Origin: Clostridiaceae bacterium
GTDB taxonomy: Bacteria > Bacillota > Clostridia > Saccharofermentanales > DTU023
DNA length: 64,000 nucleotides
Direction of reading: 5' to 3'
Assembly (NCBI GenBank): GCA_012838135.1
Contig: DUPV01000042.1
Coordinates: 31,816-95,815 of the forward strand
This document shows positions 42,809 to 50,953 of this stretch, piece after piece; the stretch's first letter is position 1, and each line of letters starts with the position of its first letter. The notes below the pieces were generated by a model. It was not told the origin of the DNA. It saw only the letters and a list, made by a program, of their open reading frames with translations, and searched no databases. Position numbers and translations under genes: made by a program.

Positions 42809-44218
42809 ATGTATAGTCTAAAACTTGAACTAAGAGAAAAAATGTTTTTTGGTGATAATCCTGAAAATTTCTTAAATATCGCTATGAAAGAATTGGGGGA
42901 AATTGAAAAGAAACTGAATAGCGACACAGATTTAGCATTTGATTATGCAGAGCTTATTGCTGATCTGGCAATAGATATGAATTCTTATCTGTATAATTGG
43001 AAACTTAAACCAGCAATTTCTGAAGGCATTTTGCAAGAATCAGATTTAAATCACGTAATTTCAGTTTATTTAGAAAAAGTGAAAATATATGGAGGCAAAA
43101 AACTTTTAGATATAACTAATAAAGAAATTGAAGCAGTAAAGAACAGTCAAACACGAAAAATTAGTGAAGGTTTTGATGAGGGAAAATTAAAAACTGTATA
43201 TGGGCATGATTTAGCATATAGATTAGATTTTGGTTTAAGACGCGGAGCAAGATGGGTTACAACAAATCCTGCAAAAATTATTTTATATGAAAATGATTAT
43301 CCTCATGAATTTAATCGGGTAATGTCCTCTATTAAAATCGAAAATCCGGGTATCAGCGCTGAAGATTTCGCATCGATGGTTTTTGTTAAAATCGGAGGTC
43401 AATCAGCCAAAGCCTTAAGACCAATTTATGAGCTAACAGACGGAGAATATGGGTTTGTTTGTGTTCAAGTTTCGCCACTCAATTTAAAAAATACTGAGGC
43501 GATGGTAAAACAAGCAGATTATTGGTGGGACAAGTTTAAAATTGAATTAGGTGTTGAAGACCCTAATATAGTGTTCAAATTACCTGCTGTTCCCCATTCT
43601 GTTGAGGCCGCAAAACAATTGATTGATCGTGGTTATAGACTTTGTATGACTTTGAATTTTTCTGTAACTCAACATGAATTATTTGCAGAAATCATTCAAA
43701 AGGGAAAGAAAACCGGTTATGTAGTCTTTATGGGTGGTTATCTTGATGATGCAGTCTGCAAAGAATTAATTGCTAATGGTATGGATGAAGAACAAGCGAA
43801 GGATATTTCTAAAAGGGCATCTGAAGCTGTGATTAGAAAATCATACAATAATTTAAAAAACAAAGGATTTGATAAAGTTTCAATCATGACTGCGGCGGTT
43901 CGTGGACCATGGTCAATGATTAATTCGCTCTCTCCGGGAGATGGGCAGCCTATTTTAATCACTACGACAGATTCCAATGTAAACATTTTTGATAGCTCTA
44001 CAAGAGATCTGATTCCAGTTTTAGATAAACCTGTGGAGCAGAAATATATGGATGCATTGGAACAGAGTGATGTATTCAAAAAAGCATACGCTGATAAAGA
44101 ATCAGATGAATTTGATTTTTATAATCTATATGACTATCCACCTCTGGTTAATGTTAATGACGGCTTTATTGATTCGTACACACAAACGTTAAATAATGCA
44201 AAAGCAATGTTGGATTAA
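42809..44218 (+). CDS. Transaldolase-family protein with N-terminal extension
   Basis: VTTNP, CVQVSP, NIVFKLP (Schiff-base Lys), TLNFSVTQ, GYLDD, AAVR. Confidence 0.8.
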   Translation: MYSLKLELREKMFFGDNPENFLNIAMKELGEIEKKLNSDTDLAFDYAELIADLAIDMNSYLYNWKLKPAISEGILQESDLNHVISVYLEKVKIYGGKKLLDITNKEIEAVKNSQTRKISEGFDEGKLKTVYGHDLAYRLDFGLRRGARWVTTNPAKIILYENDYPHEFNRVMSSIKIENPGISAEDFASMVFVKIGGQSAKALRPIYELTDGEYGFVCVQVSPLNLKNTEAMVKQADYWWDKFKIELGVEDPNIVFKLPAVPHSVEAAKQLIDRGYRLCMTLNFSVTQHELFAEIIQKGKKTGYVVFMGGYLDDAVCKELIANGMDEEQAKDISKRASEAVIRKSYNNLKNKGFDKVSIMTAAVRGPWSMINSLSPGDGQPILITTTDSNVNIFDSSTRDLIPVLDKPVEQKYMDALEQSDVFKKAYADKESDEFDFYNLYDYPPLVNVNDGFIDSYTQTLNNAKAMLD

Positions 44219-44352
44219 TAATATGAAGGCATTTGCATGAATGCAGAACAAATAGTCCGTGATAAGGCAAGAATATCCTCATAGGATGAAACAGTTTTAA
44301 ACTAACAAACAACGGAATAGGCGAGTCCACGTGTGTAGGAAGGTGAATATTA

Positions 44353-45396
44353 ATGAAGGCATTAGTAAAGTATGATTATGGTCCTGGCAATATGGAGATT
44401 AGAGATGTTCCGGAACCTGAATGTAAAAAAGATCATGTAAAAATTAAAATTCATCAATGTGGAATTTGTGGTTCAGATTTGCATATTTATCAATCTGATA
44501 TTGCAATATCGATAAAACCACCTGTAATAACCGGACATGAATTTTCTGGTGTTATTGTTGAAGTCGGAGAAAATGTAAAAGATTTCAAAGTAGGTGATAG
44601 GGTTGTTTCTGAAGCCGGAGATTGTTTTTGTGAAAATTGTGATTGTTGTAATGATGGTTATACCAATATATGCCCGGAACGAAAAAGTTTTGGATATTGG
44701 TTTAATGGTGGGTTTGCAAGTTATGCTGTAATACCGGCAAAAAGAGTTCACAAAATTCCTGATAATATATCTTTAGATCTCGCAGCATTAACAGAGCCTT
44801 TAGCGTGTGTATGTCATGCTATATATGATATGTGTTATATAAGGGCTGGTGATGTAGTGTTAATTACTGGCCCGGGAGCAATTGGCTTAATGGCTTTACA
44901 AATTGCAAAGGCTGAAGGTGCAACAACAATAATTACCGGGATAGATAGTGATGAAACTCGTTTGAAACTTGCCAAAGATGAATTTGGTGCAGATTATATA
45001 GTCAATGTTCAAAAAGAAAATTTACAAAATATTATAGATAAAGCAACTAATTTGAGAGGAGTAGATGTTGTTCTTGAATGCTCCGGTTCAGAAGCAGCAA
45101 TAGATAACGGTCTTCAAATGATAAAAAAACGTGGTTATTTTGTACAAATTGGTTTGCCTGGTAAAAAGATTTTGTTTGATATAGAAAAAATTTGTTATAA
45201 AGAATTGAATTTCAGAGGAGCTATGGCGTCAAGAAATCACAGCTGGAAAAAGGCCCTATACATGATGAGTTCCGGTTTGATAAAATTAGAAAAATTGGTA
45301 GACGTCAAATTACCTTTAACTCAGTGGGAACAAGCTTTTGTTAGATTTAAAAATCAAGATGGAATTAAATTTTTCTTAATCCCTGAAAATGATTAA
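44353..45396 (+). CDS. Zn-dependent alcohol/polyol dehydrogenase (MDR), copy 2
   Basis: Same motifs as 28188..29243; close paralog. Confidence 0.92.
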   Translation: MKALVKYDYGPGNMEIRDVPEPECKKDHVKIKIHQCGICGSDLHIYQSDIAISIKPPVITGHEFSGVIVEVGENVKDFKVGDRVVSEAGDCFCENCDCCNDGYTNICPERKSFGYWFNGGFASYAVIPAKRVHKIPDNISLDLAALTEPLACVCHAIYDMCYIRAGDVVLITGPGAIGLMALQIAKAEGATTIITGIDSDETRLKLAKDEFGADYIVNVQKENLQNIIDKATNLRGVDVVLECSGSEAAIDNGLQMIKKRGYFVQIGLPGKKILFDIEKICYKELNFRGAMASRNHSWKKALYMMSSGLIKLEKLVDVKLPLTQWEQAFVRFKNQDGIKFFLIPEND

Positions 45397-45957
45397 TAAG
45401 AGATAATGTTGTGAAATTCAAATATTACTAGATCTTTTCTATCCTTATTTATATGAAAAACAAACGAACGATATCTTCATCTTTCAGAAGAAAAAAGTCA
45501 TCTACGGTCTGTAGTGAGTGGCACTGTTTCGGAAACGATGGTTTCCATCTCCGGAACGGTGGCTTCGCCACACTGAAAAGCGTGTAAAAATTATTTCCTC
45601 AAGCTGTACAGATGATTTCCTCCTACCCGGATTGGCGCTTTCAGCGTACCGGAGTATTCTTAAACTTAAAAAGTGTGCAAGTCAAACTCAGCCAGTGTAT
45701 AGAGAAATTTCTTTTGAAAAGATACAAGATTTCTCGTGCCGGTTATAGTTACTAATTCTTGATACCGGGATTACGGACGAATAATGAATCTCATTTGTAT
45801 GCTTAAAGCATACAAACAGGTCTCAGTTTTGGTTTAAGATAATTAACAGAAATCGGAGCGTAATGACGCTGACAAAATTGCGGTATAGAAGGCCGTTATG
45901 TCAGGAACAGACCGTTTTGTGTCTGATAGAATTCAAAAATACGAGGAGGTATCAATT

Positions 45958-46287
45958 ATGCGCAAGATTATTGCAATCATACTGTTGATTGTGGCAGTGG
46001 CAGGACTGGTCTACGGAGTCCTCGGGATTATGACAAAAACCGTGAAAATAAAAACCGATAAGGCTGAAGGTATTTACAATCTGGCCGATGACAGCTATGA
46101 AGGTCAAATGGCATTTTCCAGCATGGGTGGGTTTGCTCAAAGTATGAGTGATCTGCAGAAACTTGCAAAGGCTCAGCGTAACAAGCAGATAGGCATTGGC
46201 TTAGGTGTGTGCGTGGTGTGCAGTGTTATAGGCGTAAGTCTGCTGCTAAAGAGAAAAACTGATCAGTCTTATTCTACGAATTACTAA
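45958..46287 (+). CDS. Small two-TM membrane protein
   Basis: RBS GAGGAGG before ATG 45958; hydrophobic N- and C-terminal segments. Confidence 0.65.
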   Translation: MRKIIAIILLIVAVAGLVYGVLGIMTKTVKIKTDKAEGIYNLADDSYEGQMAFSSMGGFAQSMSDLQKLAKAQRNKQIGIGLGVCVVCSVIGVSLLLKRKTDQSYSTNY

Positions 46288-46317
46288 AGGATAAAAACAA
46301 TACATAATCTTCTGCGA

Positions 46318-46896
46318 TTATTTCGAGCTGAACCGCTTTTTAATTTCAATCAGAAAATCTTTTCCGAGCAGGATAATGAAGGCGAGTAACAATAAAAAGG
46401 CAAGGGATCCCATTACGACAAAAGTCCAATAAGTATCGTCACTCTGTTCTACAAGGAGTCCGACAATCGCAGCCACAAGGCTGAGCGTGCAAAAATTCAA
46501 CATCGGAAACATGTTTTGTCTTTGTGTTTCAAAATCAGTGAAAAAGAGGACAGAAACCAAGATCAAGGCTGAGAAGCAAATGATGACAATAACCTTTACT
46601 GACCAGCCGGGAGCCAGAAAAACGTCAATGAGTCCGAGAAGAACACAAGAATTTATGATGAACTTGATGGTTTGGCTGATCCGGTTGTATTCTACCATGT
46701 CAGGAGAAATGAGCTGTGACCAGACAAGCCACATTGACCACATTACAACAATGCTCCAGGCTTGTCCGCGGGTGAAAAGATTGATTATCGTACAAATCAT
46801 ACCGGCAAAGATAAAACCCCATTTGCTGTAAGTTATTAAATTTTGCTGAAACAGATTGCGTTTTTCGACTGTCGGATAGATATTTTTAATTTCCAT
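46318..46896 (-). CDS. DUF6320-like membrane protein
   Basis: About 6 TM helices, EIKKRF C-terminus; overlaps the upstream acyltransferase gene. Confidence 0.65.
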   Translation of the reverse strand: MEIKNIYPTVEKRNLFQQNLITYSKWGFIFAGMICTIINLFTRGQAWSIVVMWSMWLVWSQLISPDMVEYNRISQTIKFIINSCVLLGLIDVFLAPGWSVKVIVIICFSALILVSVLFFTDFETQRQNMFPMLNFCTLSLVAAIVGLLVEQSDDTYWTFVVMGSLAFLLLLAFIILLGKDFLIEIKKRFSSK

Positions 46897-48409
46897 AGAG
46901 TGAACTTCCTTCTACTTCGGGCATGATTCCGTCCTCGCAAAAAAAGCGGAACAGAGCTTCTTCAAATGACGGATCGTTTGTCATTTTAGTAATTGAAAGT
47001 GTGGCTGTGTTGCCGAAGGTGATTATGGTACAGGTTGCTCTGTTTAACACGGCAGGACCGAGGAGAAAGTCCATGCTCTGAATATGGTCAGCGTATTCCT
47101 GCGGCATGGTTACTACTCCCATATTGGAAAGTCTCGTGCTGAAAATTCCATCACTGAGAAAACCATAGATAGCCTTTGCCACCGGTGATTTAATGACAAG
47201 CGGTATAAAGCGCAGCATACTTACTATTTTTCTGGTGGAATTCATCATTTCTCCCATTGCTTCCCGAGAGCCCTTTATTTTCAACTGTTCCGTGATTTGC
47301 CGGATTAACTCGGGGCTGTCTGTGATTTCTGTCATAGGAAATCTGATTCCGCAATAAAGTGAGAAATTTCGCACAGTCTGAGAAGGATAATACTTTCGCA
47401 TATTGACCGGAACCTGAATGTTGATCGTTCCGTCCAGCTCATCCGTTGCCGCTTTAGTCGCCAGAAATATTTTTGACAACACATAAGCTGTTATGGTTGC
47501 CTCGTGTTCATTGGCCGCTTTTTTGAGGGAAGTGGCATCCATCCGGAAATGAAGTACTTGGCAAGGCTTAATTTTTGAGAGCTTACCGCTCATTTGAGTG
47601 GCCGGCATATCCATAAATCCATTGCCTTTTTCTGTGGTTTCCGTACGAAAAAACTCATTGGCAATCTCTTCTGCTGTGGGTAAATCATTGCGTTTCATGA
47701 TTCCTTCTTCATCACTGATTACTCCACACAAACGTAAATACTCCGCTGTCAGTGCTTTGAGAAATTGCATGCCGCCTGATCCGTCAGTAAGGATATGGAA
47801 AAATTCTACACTGATGCGATTTTGATACCAAATGACACGGAATGTTTGAGATGCACTGCGGGAGATATTCAGCGGCTTACACGGAGGTCCTGTTTCCGGT
47901 TTTACATTATAACGTCGCTTCGCGGTATCAAGATAGTGCCAGAAAAAGCCTTTTTTGACTGTTGTAGCAAAACTCGGAAAGCGTTTAATTGTAAAGTTCA
48001 GAGCCATTTGCAGCAGTTCAGGGATAACATTATCTTTCAAATAGACGGACAGACGAAACATTTCCATTTGTCCCGGTTTCATGGATAACGGATATATTTT
48101 GGCAGCATCATCCAGGGTGTACCAGAGAATTGGCGGACGTATATAGAAGCCGCCGAGATTTTCAATACTCAACAGTTCAAGAGCTTTCTCCAAGGGAGTG
48201 CCGACGGAATGATAATGTAACAATGCATTTTCGAAATCTTTACGCAACAATTCCGTGCCTTTTTTGTTCAGAGCACAGTGTTTTGAAAAATTTTGAAAAA
48301 AGTGATTGACGGTTGTCACTTCATCCTCGGGCAGATTTTCCAAAAATGAAGTAAATTCTGAAATTTTTTTCTTGCGTCTTTTCATCGAATAACCTTTTAT
48401 TAGTTTCAT
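46886..48409 (-). CDS. Alcohol acetyltransferase-like (condensation-fold) protein
   Basis: LDDAAKIYP, FFHILTDGSG (HxxxDG), VPVNMRKYYPSQTVRNFS, LSNMG. Confidence 0.78.
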   Translation of the reverse strand: MKLIKGYSMKRRKKKISEFTSFLENLPEDEVTTVNHFFQNFSKHCALNKKGTELLRKDFENALLHYHSVGTPLEKALELLSIENLGGFYIRPPILWYTLDDAAKIYPLSMKPGQMEMFRLSVYLKDNVIPELLQMALNFTIKRFPSFATTVKKGFFWHYLDTAKRRYNVKPETGPPCKPLNISRSASQTFRVIWYQNRISVEFFHILTDGSGGMQFLKALTAEYLRLCGVISDEEGIMKRNDLPTAEEIANEFFRTETTEKGNGFMDMPATQMSGKLSKIKPCQVLHFRMDATSLKKAANEHEATITAYVLSKIFLATKAATDELDGTINIQVPVNMRKYYPSQTVRNFSLYCGIRFPMTEITDSPELIRQITEQLKIKGSREAMGEMMNSTRKIVSMLRFIPLVIKSPVAKAIYGFLSDGIFSTRLSNMGVVTMPQEYADHIQSMDFLLGPAVLNRATCTIITFGNTATLSITKMTNDPSFEEALFRFFCEDGIMPEVEGSSLYGN

Positions 48410-48479
48410 ACCAGTCCGAAATATTTTTCGAAAAAGCTAAGCAGTTTTTCAATAATAAAATGTTTTTTTGTTTTTATTG

Positions 48480-48571
48480 GTAGACACCTAAAGCTTTTTC
48501 TTTCAAATGTCGTTTTTGGTTGTAGACATATTTGGTATTTTTCCGTAATTTCCATTTTTAAAAGTAGACAC
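48480..48571. repeat. GTAGACA repeated at an exact 42-bp period
   Basis: GTAGACA at 48480, 48522 and 48564. Confidence 0.7.
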
Positions 48572-48663
48572 GATATTTTCAGGTATCGTAAACACTTTAT
48601 TTTGTGCAGGTTCCTGCTTCTTTACTCTCCAATCCCTGATCTCTGAATTATTTCCGATTTTTG

Positions 48664-49251
48664 TCATTCCGTCCAGCCGTACTGCCCTTTAAGTTCGACA
48701 AATCTGACCAACTCTACTGTTTTAAGGTTAATTTCGCCGGTATCAGTCTTGGTAATAAGTTTAAGTTCCTGCAAATGTGGCGGACCGATTGGAATAACCA
48801 TCCTGCCACCGGTTGCCAATTGATCAACCAATTCGTCGGGCAAAAGACCTGCTGCCGCAGTTACCATAATCCTGTCATAGGGAGCACATTCTTGCCAGCC
48901 GGTGCTGCCATCTCCGATCTTATAATAAATATTCGAAAAATTTAAGGCATTTAATCTCTGCTTGGCTTTTTCTGCCAATTGCTCAATTCTTTCCACTGTA
49001 TAAACTTCCGCTGACATTTTTGCCAGAAGAGCTGTCTGGAAACCTGAACCGGTTCCAATCTCCAATACTTTACTGTCATTTTCCGGTTCCAGCAGCCGTG
49101 TCATTTCCAGCACAAGGCTGGGTTGTGAAATCGTTTGCCCGAAGCCTATAGGCAAAGGCTCGTCTAAACTAGCATGTTTTTTTAATTCATTTTCAACAAA
49201 TAAAGAACGATCCAATGAACGAAAATATGTTTCAAGCTTCTGCCAATCCAT
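48664..49251 (-). CDS. pcm: Protein-L-isoaspartate O-methyltransferase
   Basis: PLPIGFGQTISQP, VLEIGTGSG, GDG, PYDRIMVTAA, RFV. Confidence 0.94.
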   Translation of the reverse strand: MDWQKLETYFRSLDRSLFVENELKKHASLDEPLPIGFGQTISQPSLVLEMTRLLEPENDSKVLEIGTGSGFQTALLAKMSAEVYTVERIEQLAEKAKQRLNALNFSNIYYKIGDGSTGWQECAPYDRIMVTAAAGLLPDELVDQLATGGRMVIPIGPPHLQELKLITKTDTGEINLKTVELVRFVELKGQYGWTE

Positions 49252-49483
49252 GATTTTTACCTCATTTCATTTGATCATACCTTCAAATTATTTATTATCC
49301 TTGTTATAAAGTATAAACAGATTTAATATATCATAAATCATTTTGAAAGTTTTCTGAGAATGTCTCATTGTAGCTAATAGATGATATAATAAAATGAATA
49401 ATTTTTTATCAATGGTGATAAAAATACATTTAGATTACGAATACCAAGTAATTCGTATATAGCAATTATATGAGGTGAAAGCT

Positions 49484-50446
49484 ATGAAATTTATTTCTTA
49501 TTTACATCAGGACAAAGCTGATTATGGCGTAATGAATGCTGACAATTTAATTTTTTCAATGTTTGATGTTTTTGAACAATTAAATGTCAATTCAAGTACA
49601 GAAGAAGATTTGAGTATGGAATCAGGGTCAATTGCTGACATGAAAGATGTACCAAGTGATTTATTATCTTTTATTCAGCAATTTGGTACTACCTTGAATT
49701 ATCAGATCAATTCAGTTTTGCCTGATTTAGTTGATAAAGCAATTTCTTTGGATTCAGTAAAATTGCTTGCCCCGATTAAATATCCGATAAGGAATATCTT
49801 TTGTGTCGGCAAGAATTATAAAGATCATGCTTTAGAAGTTTCGCAATTTACAAGTGAGGTATCACCTGAATTGCCACAATATCCGATTTATTTCAGCAAA
49901 GCGACCAATTATCTGTTAGCTGATCAAGAGCCGGTTGTTATACGCAAGGAATTGGCACGAAGATTGGATTATGAAGTTGAGTTGGCATTGATTATCGGTA
50001 AAGCAGGTTGTGATATTGAACCGGCTCAGGCTGCTGATTATATTTTCGGTTATACCATCAGCAATGACATTTCAGCAAGAGATTTGCAAAATCAGCGAGG
50101 ACAATGGTTCAGAGGCAAAAGTCTGGATAATTCCTTACCGTTGGGTCCGTGGATAGTGAGTCAGGATGCGATCCCATTCCCTCCGATGCTAAATATATCA
50201 GCAAAAATTAATGGTGAGATCAGACAAAAATCTAATACTAAAGAATTTATTTTTGATATTCCGACATTGCTTGCGGATTTATCGAAAGGACTGACTTTAC
50301 TTCCCGGAGACATTATTATGACCGGAACGCCGGCCGGTGTCGGTGTTGCGATGAATCCACCCCAATACCTCAAGTCCGGAGACATAATGGAGTTTGAAAT
50401 CGAACAAATTGGAACTTTAACCAATATGGTTAAACTGATTGATTAG
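49484..50446 (+). CDS. Fumarylacetoacetate hydrolase family protein
   Basis: CVGKNY, DYEVELA, NDISARD, GKSLD, TGTPAGVG; extended -10 TGnTATAAT at 49382. Confidence 0.92.
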   Translation: MKFISYLHQDKADYGVMNADNLIFSMFDVFEQLNVNSSTEEDLSMESGSIADMKDVPSDLLSFIQQFGTTLNYQINSVLPDLVDKAISLDSVKLLAPIKYPIRNIFCVGKNYKDHALEVSQFTSEVSPELPQYPIYFSKATNYLLADQEPVVIRKELARRLDYEVELALIIGKAGCDIEPAQAADYIFGYTISNDISARDLQNQRGQWFRGKSLDNSLPLGPWIVSQDAIPFPPMLNISAKINGEIRQKSNTKEFIFDIPTLLADLSKGLTLLPGDIIMTGTPAGVGVAMNPPQYLKSGDIMEFEIEQIGTLTNMVKLID

Positions 50447-50494
50447 TTTGCGAACAAGTAAAGCACGAAATAATAAATGAGTTAATACTGATAG

Positions 50495-50734
50495 AAAACT
50501 GCAAAAGGTACTTTTTCCGCAAGTGCTGAGCAAAAATATTTTCTTGAACTGATTGATATATAAGCAAAAAGTCCGGTTGGTGCCGGCGATTCGATGATTA
50601 CAGCTTTTGCATTAGGGCTGCAAACAAAACAGAGTAATGAAGAAACTCTCAAATTGGCCATTGCAGCTGCAATGGCCATGGTAAATACTGCAGGTACATC
50701 CACCCAATTCACACATCCGGTGAGCAACAGATAA
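50495..50734 (+). pseudogene. C-terminal fragment of a 1-phosphofructokinase/PfkB sugar kinase
   Basis: KTAKGTF...LIDI*AKSPVGAGDSMITAFALGL...LAIAAA; in-frame TAA at 50561; no N-terminal part. Confidence 0.8.
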
Positions 50735-50953
50735 TGTTATAGTTTGAAGTTTCCTGCGATTATTCTAACGATATTGATCGATGAATAATTACATTATTTG
50801 TTTTGGACAAGCTGTTTTTAGTTGATTTAATTAGGTTGACTAGTTGAGAAATTATCGATATATTTGGTATGCCAATGTAATATTACAATATTCAATACTT
50901 GATAAATTCCAATTGTTTGCAAATTAAAAAATAGAAATAGAAAGTATTTTTGC

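Noticed and set aside
45518-45748. 76-aa ORF or minus-strand structured RNA
   Set aside because: No RBS or recognisable family; the hairpins match no riboswitch I can identify.
45794-45816. Hairpin TTTGTATGCT-TAA-AGCATACAAA as an IS200 end or oriT
   Set aside because: No transposase or relaxase nearby; a single short hairpin.
48480-48571. CRISPR array
   Set aside because: The conserved unit is only 7 bp, there are three copies, and no cas genes are present.
50482-50727. 81-aa minus-strand ORF
   Set aside because: Antisense shadow of the pfkB fragment.
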